From a bacterium (lineage in GTDB: Bacteria > Zhuqueibacterota > QNDG01 > JAGLOF01), in the NCBI GenBank assembly GCA_023139105.1, contig JAGLOF010000023.1, forward strand, positions 2,446 through 66,445: a DNA stretch of 64,000 bases. Reading direction: 5' to 3'. Made by a program: the position numbers and the translations under genes. The notes below the pieces were generated by a model that saw only the letters and a program-made list of their open reading frames with translations, was not told the DNA's origin and did not search any database. This document shows positions 9,439 to 19,718 of the stretch, piece by piece. Position 1 is the first letter of the stretch. The number at the start of each line of letters is the position of its first letter.

Positions 9439-10813
9439 TATAAAGAATAGTAAAAATATACCATATCATGAATCCTGAAACATCCAATCTGAAGATTGGA
9501 GTGTAGACAAGTGCAAGAAAAGAAATAAAAATTACACCTTTATAGCCAAAAGATATCGCTTTCCAGTATGGATCATCAATTTTTAAGAATAATCTATGAT
9601 TTGTACGGTACAATGTAATTAATATCCAGCAAAATATGCCAAGACCAACAAAACCATATTCCAGACTAATTAGAGCGAATTCTGTGATACCGTAATATAT
9701 TGAGAGTGAATCCATAACAGAGTCTTTGTTTTTTACAAAACTCTCTGTCAGTGTGCCCGGGCCGTATCCAAATAAAAATTTAACAGGATTATTGATAAGT
9801 GTCTTAATTACAAGTTCAGCTACAGCAGCACGGCCAGAAGTTACTTCTTCATTCTTTTGATATGTATATGATGTTGCCCAATCCATTGCTCCCTGCGGAT
9901 TAGTAAAAAGTTCATTCCAATTAGGGCTTACATAGAGTGCCAGGGCGATAATAATTACAGCCAATGGTGTAAGTGGTAAAACCTTCTTGAAATTTTTCTT
10001 TCCGGCACGTATCAACAGGTAAGTAATTGATGCCATAGCAAATAAGGGATATACACGTTTTGGGCATGCATAATAGAATAATTGAAAATATACCATAAAA
10101 CCAAGATATTGCCATTTAGTACGATCATACAGATAGAACCCCAGACAAATACTATTAACAAACAGTGGAAGAATAGCTGATAAACCTCCTCCAAAATATG
10201 CGTATGTCCCAATTGCCCATTCTGTCCTGCCAAAAATAGTCATTTTAATTAAGGCAGTAGGAATCTGAATAATAAATATTCCCAAAAGAAGTAAGTTTAA
10301 TCTTTTCAGAAACTTTTCATCATAATTGATATGAACAAAAAGATAGAACATCACTGCGTATTTAAACATTTGCCGCATTGAAAAAAACATTGAAAGTGGA
10401 GATTGGTCATTTACAACCATTGAAATAACAGCCCATATGGTAAATGCTGCAAACGGTATATCAATATGAGTTCGCACTATTTCTTTATCAATAAGCCGCA
10501 TAATAACGACCTTGATTGTAAAAATCACCAATGCTACATCAGGAAGCCATGTGAAAGAAGCCGGTATATACCCTAGTGCAAAAAACCAATCAGCAAACCA
10601 TACTGGTAAAATAATTACATACGGAAGTATCTTTGAGTTATTAAAAAATAAGGCGCGACCTGCAATGAAAAACCCAATTAACATCAAAATAGGATCTTCC
10701 TGTATGACAAACAAGCCGACGACAGTCCCTGTTAAAGGAGCAATAATCAAATAATAAGTTAATCTTGATTGGTCGAATACATTACTGATAATTTGAGATA
10801 TAGAGAATTTCAT
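9398..10813 (-). CDS. O-antigen polymerase/ligase-like (Wzy-type) membrane protein
   Basis: 471 aa with about 10-12 hydrophobic helices and one larger loop, sitting between glycosyltransferases. Confidence 0.6.
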   Translation of the reverse strand: MKFSISQIISNVFDQSRLTYYLIIAPLTGTVVGLFVIQEDPILMLIGFFIAGRALFFNNSKILPYVIILPVWFADWFFALGYIPASFTWLPDVALVIFTIKVVIMRLIDKEIVRTHIDIPFAAFTIWAVISMVVNDQSPLSMFFSMRQMFKYAVMFYLFVHINYDEKFLKRLNLLLLGIFIIQIPTALIKMTIFGRTEWAIGTYAYFGGGLSAILPLFVNSICLGFYLYDRTKWQYLGFMVYFQLFYYACPKRVYPLFAMASITYLLIRAGKKNFKKVLPLTPLAVIIIALALYVSPNWNELFTNPQGAMDWATSYTYQKNEEVTSGRAAVAELVIKTLINNPVKFLFGYGPGTLTESFVKNKDSVMDSLSIYYGITEFALISLEYGFVGLGIFCWILITLYRTNHRLFLKIDDPYWKAISFGYKGVIFISFLALVYTPIFRLDVSGFMIWYIFTILYIVGRQKGILLYEK

Positions 10814-11988
10814 TTAAGTAAGTTCTGCAAAAATAATTCCAAACGAGCTGCTTGAGAAGACCATGTATAGTGTTCTTTGATTAATTTTGCAGCAAGCAAT
10901 CCTTGCGCTTTCAAATTATCTTTACTCTTCATTATTTCTATTAAAGCATCTTGCATTAATGCTGGTTTATCAGGTTGATAGTAATATGCAAATGCAGATT
11001 CACCAAGGACATCTCGATGGGCCTCAATATCAGTAACAACAACAGGATTGCCTGTTGCGAGGTATTCCATTAATTTTATTGGACTGCTGACACGCCATTC
11101 AATTAATGCCGGCAAAGGAATAATTCCGGCATCAATACATTCCAAATATTCTTTTACATCTTTATGCGGGATCGGATTGATTAATGTAAAATAATTAGTG
11201 CATCCGGTTTTATGGATTAATATTTCTAATTCTTTTCGTACAGCACCGTCTCCTAATAATATACAATGTATATCAGGCTCTTCATGTCTAATTTTATCAA
11301 TAGCATAAACAATATTTTCAAGGCCTCTATTTGGACTCATAGCACCATGATACATAAATACAAATTTATTGTCAAGACCAAGTTTCTCTCGAATATTGTT
11401 TGAAATTTTATCATCAGAAGTATTATCCTCTACCCAGCTATCCATAGCACCCGATGTCCAATACCCAACACGTTTTTTATTTATATCATAATCATGGCAC
11501 ACAACATGTCTCATAAAAGGTGTAATTACCGTTATACCATCAAATACCGATTTTGCAGAGTGAATGGCTTTCTTGAATTCCCAATGTTGAAATGATGCCA
11601 TGAAACCTTGTACTTCAACTGGTAGTGTACGAATATCCAGTACCCACCTGGGTGTTATCAATTTAATTTTTTTTAATAATATAAATGGCCATAATCCCTT
11701 AACGCCGGAAGGATGGAGTATGATAATATCCGGTTTTTTCACAAAGTTTAAAAAAAACAATATGAAGAATATTGAAACTGTTACTGAGAGTAATCCAAAT
11801 ACTGGTTTTTTAATAGATGGCAGATAATGAATAGAATTACCCAGGGAAAAATTTTCTTTACGTTCACGAAATCCTGCATATAGCTGAACATCATGTCCCA
11901 GGGCCTTTAATTGACGTACCATCTCTGTCCAGGTAGTATGGTCAATACTTGTATCAAGGCATTTTTCTACAATCCATGCAATTTTCAT
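10810..11988 (-). CDS. Glycosyltransferase (GT-B, GT4-like)
   Basis: C-terminal GIIPLPALIEWRVSSPIKLMEYLATGNPVVVTDIEAHRDVLG matches the GT-B nucleotide-sugar binding half. 4-nt overlap with the downstream gene. Confidence 0.75.
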   Translation of the reverse strand: MKIAWIVEKCLDTSIDHTTWTEMVRQLKALGHDVQLYAGFRERKENFSLGNSIHYLPSIKKPVFGLLSVTVSIFFILFFLNFVKKPDIIILHPSGVKGLWPFILLKKIKLITPRWVLDIRTLPVEVQGFMASFQHWEFKKAIHSAKSVFDGITVITPFMRHVVCHDYDINKKRVGYWTSGAMDSWVEDNTSDDKISNNIREKLGLDNKFVFMYHGAMSPNRGLENIVYAIDKIRHEEPDIHCILLGDGAVRKELEILIHKTGCTNYFTLINPIPHKDVKEYLECIDAGIIPLPALIEWRVSSPIKLMEYLATGNPVVVTDIEAHRDVLGESAFAYYYQPDKPALMQDALIEIMKSKDNLKAQGLLAAKLIKEHYTWSSQAARLELFLQNLLK

Positions 11989-12023
11989 TTGTTACTCATA
12001 TCCAGTTGATCAGTACAGTAAAA

Positions 12024-13196
12024 TTAAATTCCTGCTAATTTGTCTAACATTTTATGAAAAGGTATTTCATATTTTGACCAATGATGATTTTCAACAAATC
12101 TGAGGGTTTCATGAACTTGTTCTTCACGTTTTGCGGGATTTTTCAATAAGAAAATTATCTTATCAGCAAGGTCTTCAATGTCGCCAGGCCTGAAAAAAGT
12201 CACCATTTTATCATCATAATATGTTGTGGCTGCCTTAATAGCCGATACAACAGAAGGAAGTCCCATAGCGTGGTATTCCATACATTTTGAGGATAGACCC
12301 TCACCGGCCAGAACACCATCTCTTTTAGGATCTATGCCAAGATCAGCTTTTTTAAGAATAAGCGCAACTTCTTTACGAGGTACCGGATCGTGCAAAATTA
12401 CAAATTTTTCTACCTTGAGACTGCATGCAAGTTCATGCAGCTGTAGCCTTGTTTTTCCTTGACCATAAATATGTAATTGAGTATTAGGAAACGCTTGTAA
12501 GACGCGCGGCAAAGCGGATATAGCCAGATCAATACCAAATATTTCAGTTAAATTTCCATGATAACTAAGAATATAAGGGCCCTTCTTTTTAACTGGTAAT
12601 TCACTACCGTCTCTAAAAAAAATGTCAGGGTCCGGAGTGTTCAAAACAACTGAACACTTTGCTGGAGTCACAGATCTACTGATCAGTGTTTTTTCCCAGA
12701 TTGTTGTAACAGTTATTACATGATGTGAAAACTTGCAAGCCATTTTTTCAACTAAACGTAACATTCGGATAATAATGTGATTGTATTCCAAATTAAATTT
12801 GCGTTGATAAAATTCAGGAACCAGATCGTGATTATCAAAGACGATCTTTGCACCAAACAACTTAGGGATAGTCATTGCAAAAATACCAAAATCAGGGATG
12901 TTGTGAAAATGCATAATTTGGTATTTTGATTTAAAATGTAATCTTGTACACAAACACCCTGCTTTCCAGAAAAATTTTAGCATTCTTGCAAGATATGTAA
13001 TAGGACTCTTTTCATTGTAATCTCTGCTTTGAATACGAAAGAGCCGAACTCCGTTCAGACTACCTTGAAAATCTTGTTCAGGCGTTCCAAGACAAATTAC
13101 ATCTACATCATCGCCGCGCTTGATTAATGATTCGCCATATCTATGAACACGATTGTCAAATTCGTATTGAGAGTATGATATCATACAAATTCTCAT
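12024..13196 (-). CDS. Glycosyltransferase (GT-B, GT4-like)
   Basis: LSSKCMEYHAMGLPSVVSAIKAATTYYDDKMVTFFRPGDIEDLADKI, together with the N-terminal MRICMISYSQYEFDNRVHRYGESL pattern. Confidence 0.75.
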   Translation of the reverse strand: MRICMISYSQYEFDNRVHRYGESLIKRGDDVDVICLGTPEQDFQGSLNGVRLFRIQSRDYNEKSPITYLARMLKFFWKAGCLCTRLHFKSKYQIMHFHNIPDFGIFAMTIPKLFGAKIVFDNHDLVPEFYQRKFNLEYNHIIIRMLRLVEKMACKFSHHVITVTTIWEKTLISRSVTPAKCSVVLNTPDPDIFFRDGSELPVKKKGPYILSYHGNLTEIFGIDLAISALPRVLQAFPNTQLHIYGQGKTRLQLHELACSLKVEKFVILHDPVPRKEVALILKKADLGIDPKRDGVLAGEGLSSKCMEYHAMGLPSVVSAIKAATTYYDDKMVTFFRPGDIEDLADKIIFLLKNPAKREEQVHETLRFVENHHWSKYEIPFHKMLDKLAGI

Positions 13197-14656
13197 GTAA
13201 TTTCCTCCACTCTAAGTCTCCTTTGTTTAGCAAGTAATTGCCTGAATCTTACAAATTCAACAATACGACGGAATGGTTTAAATTGAAAGAAAAGTTTTTC
13301 AACGAAATCAGTTGCAAATAAGGCGGCAATTATATATGCAAATGGACCATATTTCGCATACATTCTCTGTACAGCGCGACGGGTTACCTGTTTTTCTATA
13401 TTTCGGATTCTTTTCATCAAGACTACTCGCTCATCAAAACTGATTTCCGGAGTATCAAATACCGGTGTATTTTCATTTTCCGTAACAAAATTCAAGTATT
13501 CTTCAGGTTGTTTAATGAACCAACCATTATCTCTAACCGTATCAAAAAGCTCTGTGCCCGGATAAGGAATTGGATTATTTAATAGAACTCTTTTAATTGG
13601 ATATTTAGCTACAAGTCTCAATGCATCTTCAATATCTTCCATTGTTTCTTGCGGCATTGCAAGTATTACGAAAATCTTGACATCAAAACCCAATTCAGTC
13701 GCATTCTTGATACCTGCTTCAATCTGCTCAATAGTTTCACCTTTTTTATTGATTTTGAGCATACGATTATTTCCACCATCTACACCGAATGCAATATAAT
13801 TGAAACCGACTTCCCGCATTCTTTTAAGTAATGCGCGATCAGTCCTGTCTGCCCTGATTCCATTAGAACAACGAAATTCAATATCTTTAATGCCCCGTTT
13901 CTCCACATCGTCGCAAATATCGTAGACACGGCGGTTATCTAAAGTGAAATTATCATCATCATAGTTGAAAATGCGGTATCCCTTTCCATACCAATACTCA
14001 ATTTCATCAACAACATCCGTGGCACTTCTAAACCTCCATTTACGTGTCATCATTTTATTTGGACAGAAAACGCACTCATAAGGGCAACCCCTGCTTGAGT
14101 TGAAGGCCATTTCTTTTATGTATTTTTTCATTTCAAATTTTTCATATCTTGGCCATGATAAATCATCAAGATTTGCAGGTAATTCACGAATGCCATTAAA
14201 TACAACATCTTTAGCATTCCTGAAAATAATCCCTTTTATCTCTGAGATTTCACTATTTCCTTTGCATAATTCAATTAGAGTCGCTTCTCCCTCTCTCACA
14301 ACACCGTAATCAATTGATTCGCATTCCTGCATTACTTCTACTCGTAATACAGTAACATGTGGACCGCCCACAATAATTCCTGCGTCAGGTTTATAAGCTT
14401 TTATCTGATCTATTAGCGCATAAGATTTAAGGTACTCAAGAGAAACCAGTGTAATCCCAATTAAATCAGGATTGAATTCATCTATCTTTTTCTTCAAGTG
14501 CTTCCATTTATAACCTAATCTCATATCAAGGATTTCATATTCAATATGATTATCTAAAAGAGCTTGGGCAAGGAAACCAAGATTCTGTGGTGGACGCGCC
14601 GCACCTAAATAACTTGATGATGGCGGACTGATGAGCAATACTCTATTATAACGCAT
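13193..14656 (-). CDS. B12-binding (class B) radical SAM enzyme
   Basis: N-terminal B12-binding-like domain (VLLISPPSSSYLGAARPPQNLGFLAQAL) followed by FNSSRGCPYECVFCPN (the C-x3-C-x2-C cluster). Confidence 0.85.
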   Translation of the reverse strand: MRYNRVLLISPPSSSYLGAARPPQNLGFLAQALLDNHIEYEILDMRLGYKWKHLKKKIDEFNPDLIGITLVSLEYLKSYALIDQIKAYKPDAGIIVGGPHVTVLRVEVMQECESIDYGVVREGEATLIELCKGNSEISEIKGIIFRNAKDVVFNGIRELPANLDDLSWPRYEKFEMKKYIKEMAFNSSRGCPYECVFCPNKMMTRKWRFRSATDVVDEIEYWYGKGYRIFNYDDDNFTLDNRRVYDICDDVEKRGIKDIEFRCSNGIRADRTDRALLKRMREVGFNYIAFGVDGGNNRMLKINKKGETIEQIEAGIKNATELGFDVKIFVILAMPQETMEDIEDALRLVAKYPIKRVLLNNPIPYPGTELFDTVRDNGWFIKQPEEYLNFVTENENTPVFDTPEISFDERVVLMKRIRNIEKQVTRRAVQRMYAKYGPFAYIIAALFATDFVEKLFFQFKPFRRIVEFVRFRQLLAKQRRLRVEEIT

Positions 14657-15419
14657 GTATACCTCCGTTTTTCCGGATGTGCCTATTGATTATTTTCACT
14701 TGCTTATACGGAAGAGCACGATATACAGGCCCAACCTTCTCTTTATCGATATTTACAGATCCATGCTTTTTTTGAGCTATTAATTTAATTACTTCACACA
14801 TAAGCTCTGCACCGCGTAAAACTGCTCTGTCATTAATGGTGGCTACGCTGTCATTTCTATGTACTTCTACTCTCTCTCGTTTCAACAATGAACCCTTATC
14901 AATAGCAGCGTCGATAAAATGAACAGAAACGCCGGGTTTTTCTCCATTTTTTAATGCATGAGCATTTGCACCGATACCGCGATATTCCGGCAGCCAGCCG
15001 GGATGCGCATTCAAACAACCTATTGATGCTGTTTCAAAAACCTTTGTCTTGAGTATAGGAGCAGATACAATACACAGAAGTGCAGGTTGTAAACTGGTAA
15101 GTGCATCTATTCCTTGTGGTCCATTGAACGTATCTACTTTTATGAGTGGAACAGAGTGGCGTTTTGCGAGATCTACTATTGTTTGCCTGGAAATTTTCAT
15201 TGTTAAAATTTGAATTATCCTACGAAGAGTATCTTTCAGGCCGTCCTTTTTAATCTTTTCCAGAAATCGGCCTTTATTTTGACTACTTCCCATAGTTTCA
15301 ACGACCACAGCCTGTATAGGAATATTATTCTTTATGAACGTTTTAAAAAACACATGCCCAACAGGATTATCCGGATAGGCAAGCAGTACACATGAAGGTA
15401 TATTAAGAGATGAACCCAT
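14646..15419 (-). CDS. Formyltransferase-domain protein (Fmt/PurN N-domain type)
   Basis: LNAHPGWLPEYRGIGANAHAL supplies the Asn-x-His and LP-x-YRG elements. GVSVHFIDAAIDKGSLL supplies the catalytic Asp region. Confidence 0.8.
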   Translation of the reverse strand: MGSSLNIPSCVLLAYPDNPVGHVFFKTFIKNNIPIQAVVVETMGSSQNKGRFLEKIKKDGLKDTLRRIIQILTMKISRQTIVDLAKRHSVPLIKVDTFNGPQGIDALTSLQPALLCIVSAPILKTKVFETASIGCLNAHPGWLPEYRGIGANAHALKNGEKPGVSVHFIDAAIDKGSLLKRERVEVHRNDSVATINDRAVLRGAELMCEVIKLIAQKKHGSVNIDKEKVGPVYRALPYKQVKIINRHIRKNGGIHAL

Positions 15420-15422
15420 TCT

Positions 15423-16226
15423 TTAATCCTCGTCATTCCATGTTGCAAGCAGTGATTTCCCGGCCAAAACATGTTGACCTTCTTTTATCTTTAGACAAAG
15501 GTCAGGTAAAAGGGGTAATATTATATCCACTTGTGAACCGAATTTTATCATTCCAATACGTTCACCTGTCTCCATTTGCTGATCAGGTAGAACATAGGAT
15601 ACTATTCTCCTTACAAGTCGTGATGCAATTTGGACCATACCAATGTTGTATTTGCCGTGCTTGATAACAGTAGACATTCTTTCATTTTGTGTAATGGCTT
15701 CCATTGTTCTTAATGAATAGAAAGGTCCCGGATGTGCTTCCTGATAGACAATTTTACCAGAAATTGGCGTTCTATTAACATGAACATCCAATACGCTCAT
15801 CTCAATACCAATTATAATACCATCCGAATCCAATAATGCAGTATGTGCAAATTCTTTTAAAGCTATACTTCTTTTTTTCTTTTGTGCAAATGGTATTTCT
15901 CCGGCTTCAATTTGATGAATATATCTTATTGTTCCATCTGCCGGTGACACAATATTACCAGTTGAATCAGGTACTATGCGGTCAGGATCTCTGAAAAATC
16001 TAAATGCAATAATAATCAATGTTACGACAATTATCATTGTGCCTTCAAGGAATAATGTGATGATCAAAGGCAATGTACTTGTAATTAAGTATACGGCAAT
16101 ACTACAAAATAAACCAATAATCACTCCGGAAATCACGCCTATAGTCCGTGATATGTTTATTTTCCAGGATAATATCGACAATAAAAGGATACCGGTAATA
16201 GTACCCATTAAAATGGTAATAATCAT
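15423..16226 (-). CDS. Phosphatidylserine-decarboxylase-family (pyruvoyl) enzyme with an N-terminal membrane anchor
   Basis: Three N-terminal hydrophobic helices. GIEMSVLDVHVNRTPISGKIV and GERIGMIKFGSQVDIILP (the Gly-Ser self-cleavage site) match short-form Psd proteins. Confidence 0.75.
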   Translation of the reverse strand: MIITILMGTITGILLLSILSWKINISRTIGVISGVIIGLFCSIAVYLITSTLPLIITLFLEGTMIIVVTLIIIAFRFFRDPDRIVPDSTGNIVSPADGTIRYIHQIEAGEIPFAQKKKRSIALKEFAHTALLDSDGIIIGIEMSVLDVHVNRTPISGKIVYQEAHPGPFYSLRTMEAITQNERMSTVIKHGKYNIGMVQIASRLVRRIVSYVLPDQQMETGERIGMIKFGSQVDIILPLLPDLCLKIKEGQHVLAGKSLLATWNDED

Positions 16227-16227
16227 A

Positions 16228-17424
16228 TTAAAAACCTCTTTTAAAAATCAGAAAAGGTAATAAAAATAATTCTACAAAGAATGGTAGGGGATCTTTTAGA
16301 GACCATACTGCATAGGTTTTAGCACCTTTTAATGTACGCATGTATTCCCACAAAGTCCATCGACCTTTTAAACTTTCAGATAGTCCTACGGCAAGATCAG
16401 TTAATAATCTTATCCATCGTGCATTATGATAGTCTGACGGAGTAATTTTTTCTCCAATACACCAAAGATAAGTGAGATATGGCAGGTTTACGCCAGCTGC
16501 AATTGCCAATGTATGCCAGCCCCAAATTCTGGGATTAACCTCTAAAAATTTAAATTGCCCGTCTCTTGGATCTTTTATAAATTCGACTTCTCCCAAACCG
16601 GAATAACCCACGCTCTTCAAATAGCGAGTACCCATGGTTTCCAATTCCGGTTCACGTACTATTTCAGCAAAAGTACTGGCCTGCCCAAAATCCATAGGAT
16701 GCTGCCTGATACGTTTTGCTACAATTCTGGCCAGTGTTGAACTTCCGTCAAACAATGGACAGAATGAGTATAAGTTATTCGAAACATCTGGAATTTCTTC
16801 TTGTATTAAAATTTCACTGGCAGGAATAATCTGTACGGCTTTTTTATAAGCATCTTGCAATTCAATCATATTCCCGGCAGGGAAAACTTTTTTACCTGTC
16901 TGCTTAAAAAAGGATCTCATGATTGCAGGTTTAATTAATGCCGGAAATGGGCCGTCCCATTTTGCCACATCTTCAATTGACTGAGGATATGCTGTCTTTG
17001 GTATGGGTATACCAATTTTTTCTGCTAATTTATAACCGATACCTTTGTGATAAAGTGGTTCAATAAATTCCCATGCAGGTGTCCAAAGATTGAAATATTT
17101 GGATAATTCGGCATGATTTATTGACAAAAAGTGTACAGTCTCATCGTCTATGGGGAAAAGCACTGCTTTTTGTAATGAATATTTTTCACAAGATTTCAGT
17201 AAAAATTGGAGATATTTTTCTCTATCAGAAAGATCCGGGGATTTTATATACTGAGAGACATATCTGGAAAACTTACTTATATTGGGCTCATGATCCATTA
17301 ATACAACTGATACGCCTGATTCACCTAATGCCCGAATAGCACCTAAACCTTGAAAATGCCCCCCAAGAACTATTGCTTTGAAAGTATGTTTGTTTTTCGA
17401 AGACTTTTTCAATAGATTGTTCAT
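16228..17424 (-). CDS. ATP-grasp carboxylate-amine ligase (COG3919-like)
   Basis: N-terminal Rossmann-like AIVLGGHFQGLGAIRALGESGVSVVLMD and the ATP-grasp core GLGEVEFIKDPRDGQFKFLEVNPRIWGWH. Confidence 0.8.
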   Translation of the reverse strand: MNNLLKKSSKNKHTFKAIVLGGHFQGLGAIRALGESGVSVVLMDHEPNISKFSRYVSQYIKSPDLSDREKYLQFLLKSCEKYSLQKAVLFPIDDETVHFLSINHAELSKYFNLWTPAWEFIEPLYHKGIGYKLAEKIGIPIPKTAYPQSIEDVAKWDGPFPALIKPAIMRSFFKQTGKKVFPAGNMIELQDAYKKAVQIIPASEILIQEEIPDVSNNLYSFCPLFDGSSTLARIVAKRIRQHPMDFGQASTFAEIVREPELETMGTRYLKSVGYSGLGEVEFIKDPRDGQFKFLEVNPRIWGWHTLAIAAGVNLPYLTYLWCIGEKITPSDYHNARWIRLLTDLAVGLSESLKGRWTLWEYMRTLKGAKTYAVWSLKDPLPFFVELFLLPFLIFKRGF

Positions 17425-19718
17425 CCTTCTGAAGTTATTTTTTCTGAACTATAATCAACATAGTTTGAAAAATATTCACTATATGCATATGGATCCTGCT
17501 TTTTGATTCCTGTAAGTATAGCACCTATTAAACTGGCTTTTACATATTTCAACAATTTCAATGTCTTCATCAAAGATTCTCGTGGTGTCTGATTTGCTTT
17601 TACAACCAAGATCACACCGTCCATTAAGGAAGAAAGAACAACAGTATCAGTGACAGGAAGAATTGGAGCACTATCGAATATAATTGCTCCATACTCTTTC
17701 CTCACCTCAGTGATGAAATCAGGTAAAGCACGGGAACTTATGAGTTCCGAGGCATTTTTCACGTCAAGACCTGCACCCATAATATAAAGTCCATGAATAG
17801 TGGTCTCTCTTATTGTGGAGTGCCAATCTACATCTCCACTTAATATATTTGCAAATCCATGTTTTCTATGACTACCGGTAAATAAAATATCTATAACAGG
17901 CTTGCGAAGATCTGCATCTATCAATAATGTTTTAACACCTTTTTGTGCAATGGTAATAGCCAGATTTGCTGCTGTTGTAGATTTCCCTTCTGAAGGATTA
18001 GGACTTGTAACCAGTAAAGTACGCCATGGTTTTTTTGTGTCAGAAAAATACAGAGCTGTTCTTATGCTTCTATATGCTTCTGCAATAGAAGAGTGTGTAT
18101 GCTTATGTGCAATTAAATGAGGATAGATTGATTTTGCTCGTGAAATTTCCTGACTCTTTCTTTTTGTACTGAAAAGAGATTTAAAATTATCACTACTCTG
18201 AATTACACTCCCCAATAAACGTACTTGAAATTTTTCTATATCCTGTGCGGAGCGTATTGCATCCTGAAAATAGTCTCTACTATACGCCATTCCTACACCG
18301 AGCAGCATTCCAAAAAAGAAGCCCATAAAAAGGTTGCGTCCTTTTTTTGGCATTACAGCTACTCTTGGAGGCTCAGCCAGATCAACTACTTTAACAATAT
18401 CCATCTGCCCTGCTTCACGTATCTTTATCTGCTCATGATTTTCGCGTAAAGTAAAATACAGATTATTGGTTACTTGAAGCTCAAGCTCCAGACTGGCTAA
18501 TTTTAAACTCTTATCAGGCAGGTTCTCTAACCTTTTTTTGTATTCAGCCAAGATTGTTTTCTGTTTATTTTTTCTGGCATTCAAACTGATTTCTTCAGTT
18601 TCAAGATTAAAAATTTCTTCAATTAAATTTGCAGATTTATCAAGAGGATTTTGATTTCTCATATCCGTATTGATAAACGTGGATAGTTCCTGAGTCAATC
18701 TCTTTTTCAAACCGTCTATATGAGACTGCAGCCGTCGTAATTGAGGAGATTGCTCAAATGCTATCCCTTCAGAGATTAATTGAGCTTCCAAAGATGCTCT
18801 CTCTGACTCTTTTCCGCCAATAAGATCCTGGATACTTTTTATTGCAGGCGTTGAATACTGCTGTATGTCTGTAGTAATGTATTTATGCGTTTCCTTAAGT
18901 TCTTTCCTCAAAAAAGATAATTTCTTTTCAGTTGTTTCAAGATTTGTCCGTGTTTTATCCAGTTCAGATTGAAACATAGCAGATTGCTCAACCAATTGTT
19001 GAGTTTCTTCGGATAGTGAAACTACTTTTTCTTTCTTTTGATAATCAGCCAATGCCTTTTGTGCTCTCGCTAATTGTGACTCTATTTCAGCTAATTTGTT
19101 TTCAATAAATAATTTTGTTCTGACTACTTCTCCTCTGGTATCAGCCTGACTATATGCTTTATATGCTCTAACCCAGGAATTAGCTAAAATTGCAGCTTCC
19201 CATGCAGTTGAAGATCTTGTTTTTAAATATATAATATCTGATTCAGGATCCGCTGTTACACGAGCATTTCTTTGAAAGCGAAGAATTAAATCTTGAAAGG
19301 TTGGTGGTTTGGGAGGTATCGCCTTTTTTCCCAATCGTGCTAATATTTTTGTCTTCAATGTTTTTTTTGCAACTTTTTGGCGATACCCAAGAATCTGCAA
19401 CGAGTCCGCATATGTTATTTTTTGAAGAGCACTTATAACTTCTGCAGCTAAGGTTCTACTTTGAAGATGAGTAACCTGGTTGTTAATTAAACTTTTTTGT
19501 GCCAGGAAACTAGGCATATTGAATATTTGATTCTGTATCTCGCCGCTATCCCGGATTGAAAGTGTTGCAGTTGCTTCATAGACATATTCTGCCGTAAAAG
19601 TCATATACGTTACAGTTATCATTACACTGATAAAAGCAAGCATTACAATCATCCAATGTCGTCTTATCGGACCTAATAAAGTCTTAATATCAAAAATCCG
19701 AATTGCATTAGTTTCCAC
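17421..19718 (-). CDS. Wzc-type polysaccharide co-polymerase fused to a BY tyrosine autokinase
   Basis: Architecture: TM1, a long coiled-coil region, TM2 (FMGFFFGMLLGVGMAY), Walker A LLVTSPNPSEGKSTTAANLA, Walker B IIFDSAPILPVTD, and a Tyr-rich tail (DPYAYSEYFSNYVDYSS). Confidence 0.9.
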   Translation of the reverse strand: METNAIRIFDIKTLLGPIRRHWMIVMLAFISVMITVTYMTFTAEYVYEATATLSIRDSGEIQNQIFNMPSFLAQKSLINNQVTHLQSRTLAAEVISALQKITYADSLQILGYRQKVAKKTLKTKILARLGKKAIPPKPPTFQDLILRFQRNARVTADPESDIIYLKTRSSTAWEAAILANSWVRAYKAYSQADTRGEVVRTKLFIENKLAEIESQLARAQKALADYQKKEKVVSLSEETQQLVEQSAMFQSELDKTRTNLETTEKKLSFLRKELKETHKYITTDIQQYSTPAIKSIQDLIGGKESERASLEAQLISEGIAFEQSPQLRRLQSHIDGLKKRLTQELSTFINTDMRNQNPLDKSANLIEEIFNLETEEISLNARKNKQKTILAEYKKRLENLPDKSLKLASLELELQVTNNLYFTLRENHEQIKIREAGQMDIVKVVDLAEPPRVAVMPKKGRNLFMGFFFGMLLGVGMAYSRDYFQDAIRSAQDIEKFQVRLLGSVIQSSDNFKSLFSTKRKSQEISRAKSIYPHLIAHKHTHSSIAEAYRSIRTALYFSDTKKPWRTLLVTSPNPSEGKSTTAANLAITIAQKGVKTLLIDADLRKPVIDILFTGSHRKHGFANILSGDVDWHSTIRETTIHGLYIMGAGLDVKNASELISSRALPDFITEVRKEYGAIIFDSAPILPVTDTVVLSSLMDGVILVVKANQTPRESLMKTLKLLKYVKASLIGAILTGIKKQDPYAYSEYFSNYVDYSSEKITSEG

